Shown here: positions 1 to 12,200 of the stretch, one piece after another
Layout of the letters: each line of letters starts with the position of its first letter
Numbering within the stretch: the first letter of the stretch is position 1
Assembly: GCF_018350175.1 (NCBI RefSeq)
Contig: NC_058368.1
Coordinates: 21,516,001 to 21,580,000 of the forward strand
DNA from: Felis catus
Taxonomy: Eukaryota
Direction of reading: 5' to 3'
Length of the DNA: 64,000 nt
Program-made: the position numbers and the translations under genes
Notes under the pieces: generated by a model
What the model saw: only the letters and a program-made list of their open reading frames with translations
The model's database searches: none
What the model was told of the DNA's origin: nothing

Positions 1-824
1 CTTGTGGGCAAATTCGAGGGAGGTAAAGGAGTTTCCTTGATTACTTTTATTTTCTCCCTGAACTCCTGCATCTGTTGCAGAAATATGATGGGTTCTGACA
101 CGTCTTTGAAAGCCTCAGCAATGTTAAAGGCCATTCGTTGTTCCTGCAAGATGGTGTTGAGTTTGTTGATCTCTGGGTCATAGGCTTGCATAACTGCCAG
201 TTTCATGGTCTCAAAGTCAGACAGGATTTCATTCTTCTTTTGATCTAATGTATGTTGTAACTTCTCAAAAAACTCCTTCACTTTATCTGAATCTTTAGTC
301 AGTAACTGTAGAGATTTCCTTTTGCTAGTTTCCAAGGTATCCAAGCGAGAAAGAGCATCTCCCCGACGCCAGGTCTCAAAGCTCTGGAAGAGGGACTCAA
401 AGGCATCTCTTTCCTGAGCATAGGCATCTTCAATAGAACAGAAGACATGCTTGGTGTGGTCACCACGAGTAGCACAGATCCCGCAAATCAGTTGCATATC
501 AGTCAGGCAGAAAATGTTGAGGGGTTGCCCCAAGTGTCCTTTGCACACAGGCATTTTGGGAGAGATCTTGATCTTGTTATACTTTTCCACAATACCCTTC
601 AGGGAGTAATTGACCTGCAGGCTATTGACTCCAGTAGCTGAAGTTTCCTTACGGCATGTAGGGCACTTGAATGGAGATGATCTCCACAACGAATTCCGCA
701 CGGTCCCCTCTAAGATCCCTTCTAAGCATTTTTTGCAAAAGTTATGCGAGCAAGGCAAAACTCGAGGATCATCAAACAGACTGCAACAAATTGGGCACGT
801 GAGATCTTCTTCAAGCAGCTCCAT
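1..824 (-). CDS. TRIM13: TRIM13 (RFP2) RING/B-box/coiled-coil E3 ligase, 5' part of the coding exon; continues beyond the window start
   Basis: Manual minus-strand translation from ATG 824-822: MELLEEDLTCPICCSLFDDPRVLPCSHNFCKKCLEGILEGTVRNSLWRSSPFKCPTCRKE (C3HC4 RING) ... CKGHLGQPLNIFCLTDMQLICGICATRGDHTKH (B-box) ... VIKETPLPPSNLPT. Open for 274 codons and matches recalled TRIM13. Acceptor tttctttctttatggtag|G, with the exon starting at 830. Confidence 0.97.
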   Translation of the reverse strand, partial: MELLEEDLTCPICCSLFDDPRVLPCSHNFCKKCLEGILEGTVRNSLWRSSPFKCPTCRKETSATGVNSLQVNYSLKGIVEKYNKIKISPKMPVCKGHLGQPLNIFCLTDMQLICGICATRGDHTKHVFCSIEDAYAQERDAFESLFQSFETWRRGDALSRLDTLETSKRKSLQLLTKDSDKVKEFFEKLQHTLDQKKNEILSDFETMKLAVMQAYDPEINKLNTILQEQRMAFNIAEAFKDVSEPIIFLQQMQEFREKIKVIKETPLPPSNLPT

Positions 825-1448
825 CACATCCTACCATAAAGAAAGAAACATTTTACTCCAGTAATCCCCTCCATTCAGACTATCTACTAATCAGAAATTA
901 TCTTTACAGGCATTAAAAATGATCTCTCACTGAAATAACCAGGCAAACAAAGGAAATAAGTGAGAAATTTGGGAAGGGAATGCACACCAAAGCAGATTTA
1001 ATCTGCTGGGACTAGAACACACTCCTTATTAGCAGGGCTCCCTGTACACAAGGCCTTTGTGTGGGCTTTCCAACAACAGTCTTTGGCTGAGATAGGGTTA
1101 GGTCTAGGACAACTGCAAGTTGAGCCAGCAGGACCCAACTGATTGTTTTAAAACAGAGAGCTGACTACTAGCTGTCAGAAACAAAGCTACTCAGTGTCTG
1201 AATAGAATGAGCTCTTTAGTCTGGGCCCACAATTATAAAATGGTATGCTATTCAAAAGAAAGAAGCACAGAAATACAAATTCAAGCATGCACTCTCGTGC
1301 AGGCTTTTATTAAAAACTAGCATATTTTTCTATTTCAAATGCAAGATTACAATTATTAAAATCCTAGGTAAAAGCATAAGGCAAGAGTTGCAATTAATTC
1401 TTCAGAAAATTAAAGGAGTTCTTTTTAAACCACCAGAACCATCTAGAG

Positions 1449-3054
1449 CATCAATTCTCAAAATGTAGACAGAAATCTGATGTCCCTAAGACTCCTTCAA
1501 GTCATTCATGAAGGTCAATACTTTATTCACAATAATATTGAGAACATATTTGCTTTGGGCACCATGTTGACAAATGCACCGTAAAAGCAATGGTGAGGAG
1601 ACACTGCTAAAGCCTCAGCAGGAATCAAACAAGGCAAAAGGTACAAGTTACTGAATCCTTCATTACCACACACCCACAGTCTAAGTGGGGGTAGCCAATT
1701 TCATTTAAGAATGTTCTTTATGAAGCAGCAACAATTATTCATTTTATTAAGTCTTGATCCTTGTGTATGTGCTTCTTTAATATTTTGGGTGACAAAATAG
1801 GAAGTAAAGAATTTCTGCTGCATCCAACAGATACTGTCTGAAGAAAAAGCAGTTAGTTACATGACTGAGTCACAATCTGAACCAGCTGGTTTTTTTGTGG
1901 AACACCATTTTTACTTGAAAGAATGAATGGCAAACTGGCTATTTAGACTTAGGTAAAAAAGCAGACATTTTCTTGAAAATGAACAAAATAAGCCCTTCAA
2001 GAAAAATTAATGACAGTATTTCTTGCCAATGATAAAAATTAAGTTTTTGAGTGAACATTAGAATTTTGGAAAACATTTTTGCCACTTAAGAGCTTGACAG
2101 CTTCCCATTAATTAAAGACTTTATAATGAAATGGTGATTTTAATGAATGTTGGCTTTTATCTTTTTTAGTGGGGAGATCATTGTATAATGAAACATGTTA
2201 TTTGGAGATCTGCATAATACAATAAACTAATTTGTTCAAATGACTAATGCATGTTATAAATCGTGCTTGGATAAAAGATCAAAAGACCAATACGTTGAAA
2301 AATATGATTTCAGATTCCATATTGCAACATTTAAGAAACCACCAGTTGTTGAGCTTTAGCAAAGTATCAAAGAAGATCCGTAATTATCAGAAAAGGCTAT
2401 TAAAATATTCTTCCCTTCACCAACTACGTATCTGTGCAAGGTCAGATTATGATCTTTGTGTATTTCAAAAAAAAAAAAGAAAAAACCCATAACTTATTCT
2501 AACAGGTGTAATGAAGGGACAGATAAAAGACTTTATTTGTAATCTATTAAACAGCAATTCATTCAAGGGATCTATAAATATGTAGGGGCGCCCAGGTGGC
2601 TCAGTCGGTTGAGCATCCGACTTCAGCTCAGGTCATGATCTCACGGTTCCTGGGTTCGAGCCCCACCTCAGGCTCTGTGCTGACAGCTCAGAGCCCGGAG
2701 CCTGTTTCAGATTCTGCGTCTCCCTCTCTCTCTGCCCTTCCCCAGCTCATGTTCTCTCTCTTTCAAAAATAAATAAACACTAAAAACATTTTTTTTAATT
2801 AAAAAAAGATCTATAAATATGTAAAGCAATGCCAATTTTCTCACAACTTATTTAGAAAATGTTATTTTTCACAAATTATTAACATATAACAGGTTTATGA
2901 TTGTTATTTTAAATGAGTATCTTAAAATTTTTGTTTTAATTTCCAATACAATAAATGGCTATATAAAGTACATATGTAAACAAAAGCTCCTGGGATCCTC
3001 AGTTTTTAAGACTGTAAAGTGGGGTCCTGAAAATAAAAAATTTTGAGATCCCTG
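1449..3054. mobile_element. hAT-Charlie family DNA transposon (non-autonomous, degraded), interrupted by a CanSINE
   Basis: Starts CA and ends TG. Imperfect TIRs (catcaattctcaaaat / reverse complement of right end cagggatctcaaaat). 8-bp TSD atctagag 1441-1448 / gtctagag 3055-3062 fits the NTCTAGAN Charlie target. Confidence 0.8.
2585..2807 (+). mobile_element. CanSINE (SINEC_Fc-type)
   Basis: ggggcgcccaggtggctcagtcggtt head, CT-rich body and A tail; TSD gatctataaatatgta 2569-2584 / 2808-2823. Confidence 0.92.
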
Positions 3055-3293
3055 GTCTAGAGAATACCATTTCTCAGTTCAAGTTTTATTATATTAAAAT
3101 GGACATCTTAAAACTTCTATCCCTAAAGTTTTAAAACCAATACAGTGCTAAATATGTCCTCGTTCAGCTTACTGAGGAACACATATATATGTCACATTAC
3201 CACCAAACTAATAAACAGAATAGGGCCTGATAATAATCCTTATAATAAATAATTAAATAATTTTTAACAGTAATTTTAAGAGTCACAATCAGA

Positions 3294-3650
3294 GGGGCGC
3301 CTGGGTGATTCAGTCGGTGAAGCGTCTGACTCATGGTTTTGGTGTGGTTCTGTAGTTCAAGCCCCGCATCAGGCTCCATGCTGACCATGAAGAGCCTACT
3401 TGGGATTCTCTCTCTCTCTGCCCCTCTCGTGAGCTCTCACACTCTCTCTCAAAACAAATAAACTTAAGAAAAGGGGGGGGGGGCAGGGAGCCTTGGTGGC
3501 TCAGGAGGTTGAGCATCAGACTTCACCTCAGGTCATGATCTCACAGCTTGTGGGTTCGAGCCCTGTGTGTCGGGCTCTGTGCTGCCAGCTCGGGGCCTGG
3601 AGCCCGCTTGGGATTCTGTGTCTCCCTATGTCTCTGCCCCTCCCCCACTT

Positions 3651-3697
<47 letters not shown>

Positions 3698-3956
3698 AAA
3701 GTAAATAAACATTAAAAAAAGTTTAATATAAAAAAAAGTCACAATTGGTGCTATAATATAGAAGATAAATAATATTTTTTTTAATATTTGGGGGGCAAGG
3801 AGAGCACAGATAGAGGGAGCCAGAGGATCTGAAGCAGGCTCTGCACTGACAGGCTGACAGCAGTGAGCCAGGTATGGGGCTTGAACTCATGAACCGTGAG
3901 ATCAAGACCTGAGCTGAAGTTGGCACCCTCAACCAACTGAGCCACCCAGGTGCCCT
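3294..3956. mobile_element. Three CanSINEs: about 3294-3472 (+), 3481-3735 (+), 3775-3956 (-)
   Basis: Three tRNA-like heads (tggctcag/gattcag ... gttcRagccc) with (CT)n bodies and A tails. Confidence 0.88.
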
Positions 3957-5424
3957 GAAGATAAAGAGTATTTAAAAGATAAGCTGAGTTTGCAAGTCTA
4001 ATAATTTATAGTTTTATATTAAGTTGTGAGAGATATATGTATTATAGATTATAATACAATTTTATGTGGAATTAAAGCAAAGGTTATTTCTGTCAAATTC
4101 AATGTCATATGGCAAAAATATGTGATGAGCTGATTTTTCTGAACAATCTTTTGTGACATGAGAAGTCATAAAACCTTTGAAAAGTATGGGGAAGAGAACA
4201 GCTACAGAGACTGGGGTTGGTGTGAAGTAACTAAAAATTCTGACTCTAGAACAGAGAAGGAAAACTTTTGATGGTCCTCCTACCTTAGTCCTGCTATTTT
4301 ATCATCTGCACTGCTCTTTGTCATATTTCAGCTAAAAATTCTATGCTAAAACTAGATTTTGGAGAAGGCAGTAGAAACAGGAAAGCGGGGGGGGGGGGCA
4401 GCATTCAATAAAGTAAACCTAATTTACTCATTCTTGAAGGTTAATATTTCCAGAGAATCCTATCCAAGTATATGAAATAAATAAGAAGAAAAACAATATC
4501 AACTATTTGGGATGCAGAGGAAAAAGGGCACCCAAAGCAAAGAGAAACTTTGAGGAAAATGGAGAAAGGCAATCCAGTATCATCAAAAATAAACAGGAAA
4601 ATGTCACACGCAGGAAAATTTAGTAATAAACAGTCATCCCAAAGCCATAATCACATTATAGCTCTGAAAACGAACCAGGGGAAAAAACTATTTGAGAAGT
4701 TTCTTTTTAAAAATATGCATCAAAATTATGGTGGATCCTGTTGTTCCATTTTTAGTGATGCAGCTTATAAATTTTGGTTTATGATTTAACGATTCTTATT
4801 TCTGTTCATAAAAGCTCAACATTTTCATTTCTTTTAACTTTATACTCAGAACTTCCCCTACTACCAAATTTATGTGACCACTTCCACAGCTGACTTTTAG
4901 GGAAAACTGAGACAGCCTAATCCAAGAAACCATGGCAAGTCTGTTGCCTCAAAAGTTTTAAAGGAAGATGAGTAAGGTTTTTAGTTTAAGTGAAGGAACT
5001 TCTAGCTCCTTTTCTTAAAGTGTGGCTAACACAGAAAAATCAGAAGAAATCAATAAAACTTACTCCTTTGCAGGAAAATACATATCCCCTCGTTTCTATG
5101 GCTAATTTTTTTTTACCAATATATAGATGTAAAAAACCTGTATGTGAACAAAATTTTTGCTCTCCAGTCATAAAATTTCAACTTAACCACTGTCAAATTC
5201 AGCGTAGAACAGCAAACACATATCCAAGATTCATTTTTGCCTTCAAATGTGTTCTGAATACCAAGAAAGTCTTAAATTTTGAAGCACAAAAATCTTTTTT
5301 CCCCAACAATTAAAAATTTCCCAAGTTTTATACCAACAAAGCAAGTAGCCAAATGTGTACCTAGTTGTCTACCACCTCTCATTTTCAACCTCATTTTCCT
5401 GCCATATTTGTTTTTGTTTTGTTT

Positions 5425-5480
5425 TAGGTTTTTTTCCTTTGGAGAGAGAGCACATGCATGCCGGGGGGGGGGGGGGGGGG

Positions 5481-5511
<31 letters not shown>

Positions 5512-5632
5512 AATCTTAAGCAGGCTCCACACACAGCATGGAGCCTTATATAGGGCTCAATCTCATGACCCTGAGACCATGACCTAAACCAGTATCAACA
5601 GTCAGACACTTAACTAAGCCACTCAGGAGCCT
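5425..5632 (-). mobile_element. CanSINE with G-run/(GA)n expansion
   Basis: Reverse-complement SINE head at the right end (taagccactcaggagcc) and (GA)n body. Confidence 0.8.
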
Positions 5633-5995
5633 CTGTATTTTTTTAAATACTTTCCATTTATATACAATAAAATTCACTCTTTCTGGTATACAATTCTGAG
5701 TTTTGACAAACAGTCATAGTTGTGTACCACCACCACAGATATATTTTTAAGCAAATATTCATGATATCTGCACTCAGTGTAGACTATGAAAACTGCTTTA
5801 TCCTACCTTGAGTGGATATATAGCAACAAGTCTGTACAAATGAAAACTGAAAAATGACAACCAGAATATTAAAAATGGAAAAGCCAATACTTAAAAGGAA
5901 AGTAGTCATAAAACAGAAACAAAACCTAGTATGTGTGTATTAGACTTCTCCCTCCTAGAAATACTTTATTTTTAAATGATCAACTCAAAATGAGT

Positions 5996-6198
5996 AGTGC
6001 CTAGGTGGCTCAGTCAGTTAAGCATCCAACTCTTGATTTCGACTCAGGTTATGATTTCACAGTTGGTGAGATCGAGCCCCTCGTCAGGCTCTGAACTGAC
6101 AGCATGGAGCCTGCTTGGGATTCTCTCTCTCCCTCTCTCTGTGCATCTCCCCACTCATGCTGTCACATTCTCTTGCTTGTTCTCAAAAAAAATAATAA
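5996..6198 (+). mobile_element. CanSINE
   Basis: gtgcctaggtggctcagtcagttaagcatccaactcttgattt head and A tail. Confidence 0.85.
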
Positions 6199-7867
6199 AT
6201 GATAACTCAAAATGATAATGCAAAAGGTGCTCATTTATTCATTCTTAAACTAGTTAATTTTAATAAACTATTCAAAGAAACTTTCCTATTAAACCTTTTA
6301 ATCGATAGGAATATAAAGTTGTTCAAGATACTACTCATAATCTCTTTCCAAATCCCATTAGAAAACAAAAAGAAAAATTAATACTTTGTATCTTAGGGTT
6401 AAATCAAATTTCCATCCTGTTTTGAGGCATCTTTGAATTCAGGAATTCCAAAGTAAATACCTAATAAGTAACTAAACAGCAACTATTGAAACTCACTTCA
6501 CAGACAAAGCTAAATTATGCAAACCTCTACTAAACTGAGAGCCATCAATCTTAGCTGGAACAGTGCTTGGAATAAAAAGGATCACTTTTTTTTTTTAATT
6601 ACTTCTCAGCATATTAGTTAATCTTATTTTCAAGTAGTATACTATATTCAATGTTAGTATGAGATCTAATAATGCTTTCTTGAAACTTAGGGTCTAGTTA
6701 CTGAATCTAGTTAGAGGATGGAAGAATATTTATTGTAGTATTTTTTAAATCTTCTGTGTATTTGAAATTTTTCACAATAAAAAGTTAGGGAAAAAACTAA
6801 AAAGGGGACCAATTATAAGAAAACCATATTGAACTTAAAAAGCAAAACTTCAGAAGCATTAGCTAAGGAATGATAAGCTTTACAAGAGCTTGATCTGCTT
6901 TAGTACTGTTTTATCTTTTATAAAATAAAAAATGTATTATTGAGAATCTCTGCGATCCAGGCCTGTGAGGAGGCTGACGTAAGTCTGGGTCTTAATCTAT
7001 GGCCTTTGACAAACCACTTATATATTGCAGTTTCTCTCCTCGCTGTACAACTGTTTTGAAAGGTATCTAATAACATACGAAAATTATTTTCAAAGTATTT
7101 ACTCTATGTCAATGCCTTATTATATTTTATTCTGGCTTTTAGAGACTGCTCCATAATTTGTATGATCAAAACAGTTTAAGAAAAAACAAGATTTCTGATA
7201 TCTGAAAAAAAGGAATATTAAAAATATTAAAAATATGTCACATATAGTGTCTAAAATAGCTTGTCTAATTGTTAGGTGGCTCCAAGTTTCCTATGTCTCC
7301 ATAGAAGACAGTAAGAAACCTACCTTTTCTGCCATTATTCTAGAATTAGTAGTTAAAATTTCCCCCAAGACATTTCTAATAGGATTCCTGATAAGTAGGG
7401 CAAAATGAAGCTAGAACAAAAGGTCCATCAGCTTGGAAGAACCACCTACTCAGCAATTTCACAGAGTTTCTGGACTATGGTAACATTCCCAGAAACTTAA
7501 AAACCAAATCATTACCCTTACTAGTCCAGACCACTCAGAAAAACTGGGTGTTTTCCTTTCCTTCATTCTCTCCTCCATACCACTGTTTCATCTTGACTCT
7601 TTCCTTTGTTTATTCTTTTAACTCATACGCCCCACCTTTCAAGGTGTACACTCTTTTGATTTCCTCCTATTCTTATCCCCCACCTGCCTCTTCGCCTTAT
7701 TTTTCTTTCCCTTTTATCTTTTCCCTGTGTCACTTGATAATCACCCCAGCCATTATTCCATAATCCTGTAAATCCACAGCATTATATCAATAGGGTTTTA
7801 GGATACCAGCTAGATCAAATATCCCTATCCTACTTCTGTATAACTATCCAGAAATCTGTGGGGGTGG

Positions 7868-7970
7868 GGGGACACCTGGCTGGCTCAGTCAGTATACCAT
7901 GAGACTCTTGATCTCAGGGTCATGCGTTTGAGCCCCACGCTAGGCATAGAGATTACTTTAAAAAAATTAT
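7868..7970 (+). mobile_element. Short (tRNA-head only) CanSINE
   Basis: ggggacacctggctggctcagtcag ... tttgagccccacg ... gagattactttaaaa. Confidence 0.75.
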
Positions 7971-9310
7971 TTTTAATTTAACAGTAACAACAACAAAACC
8001 CAGAAATCTGTGTGGACTCCGAATGGTATTGAAGCCTAATCTCTCTCACCCAGATGAAATCAATTTGAATGAGTGTATGAATTTGAGGGAAACATACATA
8101 TAGACTAAATTATTCACCTATTGTGGTACCAACCAAATTCAGATATTTATCTTTACCTGTTAAGAGTTCCAATTAAGTTAAGTTGGAACTAATGACTTCC
8201 AGAAAGGTTTGATGAGCCAGAAATGTCTGGTTTCTTTTCTCCCAAATAAATATAAGTGGGTTTAAATGAAGATGGAAAACTTTTACCCATAAAACAACGT
8301 CGTCTTTTACAACCATAAATTTGGCAATCGTTATTGGTTGGTATCTATTAATAAATTTCCATCATCTAAATCTGTATTTGAGGTTAATGCCAGCTTCCAG
8401 AAAGTAGTGTCAAAGTCTAGCATTCAATAAGTGGCTAGCTGGATTTAGCTAGGTAAGTGAGGTTACTTAGGTCGTATATAATACTGTACCAAGTGAAAAC
8501 AGGCATTTTGTAAATAACTGATAAGCACTACCTATCAACTAATAACTTATTTGTAAATGTAATTAGTGCCATTGGAAATGCAATTAGTACAAACAAGGTT
8601 CCTTTTGCTAGGTGTAGAAGTAGGTACACACACATCTTATTCTAAAGTAAACCTGATCTACAGAATATATCAAGCAGAACACTAATTATGCTAAACTTTA
8701 AGCAGTTTTTAGTTTGGCTATGTTACGGTATACACTATGTTGGCACTCCTCACTCATATTCAATACCACAAATATGCAGGGGGAAAAAAAGAAAAAAGAA
8801 AGAGCTCCTCTGGGAGTTATAATGAGGAGCCAGGCTGTTGCCAAGTACGATATACTTGTGGCACTTATGCCACAGGAAAGACAAGAATTTAAACTATCAG
8901 CAAAAATTTTCAATTCAACTTTTCTTTAGTAATACACCTAAATCTATAATGCAAATGAATTTTTTTTTAAAGTTCATGTTACAAGAATTTACTTTTATAG
9001 AAAGCTTAACTGCAATATAACTATTCTGTATGTCAAAGGATGCCTGTATTTGGTTAACTGTTACAAAAAGGAGACATAGCACCCTATTCTTTTAGTACCC
9101 TTCTAGTATCCAGAGTTCCAGGCCAAGGTAATGAAGATGGCAGTGTCTTCCATGAATAACAAAAATGAATAATTCAATGTCCTAATGATATTTAAAAAGG
9201 TGAAATATAAGCCAAAGTCAATTCTTGCCCTAAATTCAGAAATACAGCACATTTACAAAGATACTGTTACTCTAAAAGGTATGATAAATGCCTTATAAAA
9301 AGAACATAGA

Positions 9311-9522
9311 GGGGCACCTGGTGGTTCAGTCATTTGAGCATCTGACTCTTGATTTGGGCTCAGGTCATCATCTCCCAGTTGATGAGACTGAGCCCTATAT
9401 TGGGCTCTGCACTGATAGCACACAGCCTGCTTGGGTTCTCTCTCTCCCTCTCTGTCCCTCCCCGGCTCACTCGCTCTCTCAAAATAAATAAGCATTAAAA
9501 AAAAAAAAAAAAACAAAAAAAA
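9311..9522 (+). mobile_element. CanSINE
   Basis: ggggcacctggtggttcagtc head, long A tail, aacataga on both sides. Confidence 0.87.
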
Positions 9523-11528
9523 CATAGAAAGTTGACACCATACTAAAGTTGGAAAGGTTATCCAAGCAGTTAGCTTTTATGTTTTTGTTAATACAAAAGT
9601 AATCTGTGGGTATAGAAAATTCAGAAAATACAAGGAAGAAATCACCCATAATTAGCAAGGAATAATCACTTATTATTTTGTTATATTTCTTCCAATCATG
9701 TGTGTGTGCGCACATATGTATTTTAACAAAACTGGTAACATCATACAATTTTATATCTACTTTTTTTCACTTTTTTTAATCACATGTATTTCCCTTATTT
9801 TTATATATTCTTCTAAAATGTTATAGTGCATCTTACAGATATGCTAATACTGGCTATATGTCTTTTTGGTAATAGAACATTTAAATGAACATCTTGTAGA
9901 AGAGTCTTAGTCCACAGTTCTAATTATTTCCTTAGTTCCTATAAGTGTACTGTTAGGTGGGTCAAAGAGTAGAAACACTTTTAAGGACCTTTGAAACACT
10001 GACAGGTTTCCCGCTAGAAGGGGTGTACCACTTTATGAACTCTAACCAATGATGTATGAGTGTGCCCCACTTCTCCATGCGGTCCCTGGCCTTACAAGAG
10101 AACTGTACTTTTATAGTTTAGTAAAACAAAAAAAACAAAAAAAAAAAACCAAAAAACAAAAAACAAAAAAAACCAATAAGGCATACATTTTGATCATACC
10201 TACCCAAATTTAAAATATAAAATAATTTAAGGCAGGTAATATTAGTATGCATTTAGGATTACCAGTATGTATAAGGAATATATGGTAATAAAAGTTATGG
10301 GGTAGGAATAAAATAGAAGTACAAACATCTTAGACATCATCTAGAAAACACCTAACTGTATAATTGAAAAAACTGAGCACCCCCCGCCAAAATGGAGCTT
10401 TCTCAATCATACACAGCAAGCTAGGCACAGGACCCGAATTTCCCAATTCTTAGACTTCAGTTCTATCTAGAAAGTGGGTCAAGAATTCAGTGTTCTCATT
10501 CATAAAATGGATTAAGTTTAATCATGGCTCTCTAAATCCCTTCTAAAGTTTTATGATTTTTACACATTAGGCTGTAACAGGCTGTCTGGTAGAACAGAGC
10601 ACTGAACCTGTCTCTGGATACCTAGGTTCAAGCAGGAGTATCTAAGTCATGGTTTTGGAAAGATTAGGTAGTGTGTGCCAGTTCTGTATATTGCTAAACT
10701 ATATACATGTAAGGTGGTTTAATTAATCTGTGTACAAATACTGTGAAAAATGTAAATACACATTTAAAGTATTATGTTAAAGTATGAGTATATTAACCAG
10801 GAAAGGTCCTGAAAGAGAGCTGGACTCTCTTGAACTCTAATTTCATGAAAAGGTAAAGCAAGTATTACACAGGATAGCAGGTATAAAGCACTTTCATGGA
10901 AATGGGCATATCTGAACAAAAGCTGTGGTACAAGTAGGACCAGGTAACTAACCAGTCATAAATACACAGAATGAAAAGAACAGCCTAGTGTTATGGAAGG
11001 ACTTACCAGGGAGATTTAGTATCTCAGCTAGTGTAAAACAGATGGTATTAGTAAGGAAAGGAGAGCCTGAAAAAATGTATCTTCTCATTGTATAAGGTGG
11101 AAGTAAACCAGTTAATCAACAGCTCCAGTTAATCAAGTTCTACCAGAAGGAGTGGCTATGAAAATGAAATTCTGCTTTTAAAATACCTATTGTATAAAAG
11201 TCTCTAGAGTCAGAAAACTCAAACATTGTACAAGCCCTAGCAAAAAGGCATGGGAGAAGGGCCGGGGTGGGGGGGGAAGAGACCATAAAAAAAAAAGATG
11301 CTACTAAGACCTCTCTTTTTCCTTTACAATATAACATAAACATTTTCCAAATATAGAATCTATTTTTCTGAGTTTTGACAAAATATGAAAACAGAACACT
11401 CGTGAGGATGGGAACACATTCTACACATAGTTCAATTTTGCATGGTTCTGGGCCTAAAAAAAAAAAAAAACAAAAACAAAAAACTGAGTGCTTTGTTTCT
11501 TAATGTAGGGAGAAGTATTGTAGTTTAC

Positions 11529-12200
11529 CTCAGTCCCCTGCGAGCGAGCAGGTGCAGGTGTATTCGTCAGGGTTACTATTTTTCAGGACAAAGCTATCAG
11601 GGTTTTTTTTCCCCTCACGTTGTGATGGACAATCAAACGAAGCTACTGCAAAGAAAGAACAAAGAGAGTATTATGCATTTATTTGCAGAGGATCCTTAGC
11701 CTTGATCCTCAGTGTTTTCATCCCCTCCCCCCCTTCCCCCCCCCCCCCCCCATTAAGCCTGCGCGCTAGGACCTGGTGAAAAAGCCAAGAGCATGGCTTT
11801 TTTTTTTTTTTTTTTTTTTTGATATCTTTGTGCCTTTACTAAGGAGCTTCCCGGTTAGGGCGCCCTCCCCAGGCGCCAGGCACTTCCTCAGTTTCAGTGC
11901 CAGAGAGTGGTTGCCGGGCTCCGACTTCTGGTTCATGGTCGCCTTTTCTTTCCTAGGCGATACCGAGGCACTGGCACTGAAGCCGGGCATAATCTGTAGC
12001 GGAGCAGGGTTTCCGGAGCACAGACACGCTGCCTGGGCCCCGCGGATGCCCACCGCACGCCTCTCCACCCCACTCCCGTTGGTTCCAGTGCCGCGCTGGT
12101 TTTCGCTGTGCAGCTGGGGCTGGAGCTCAAACTGAGCTCTCCGGAGCCCCCACCCACGCAGGTCGCTGTCCTGCCAGGGCAAATCCTCACCCTTGCAGCA
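11529..12200 (-). other. TRIM13: Putative non-coding first exon (5'UTR) of TRIM13; 5' boundary uncertain
   Basis: Minus-strand donor GAG|GTAAAC at 11529/11528, at the downstream edge of the CpG island. The coding exon has an acceptor 6 nt before the ATG, so an upstream exon is required. Confidence 0.5.

Noticed and set aside
447..864. Plus-strand ORFs of 64 and 84 aa
   Set aside because: Antisense shadows of the TRIM13 CDS.
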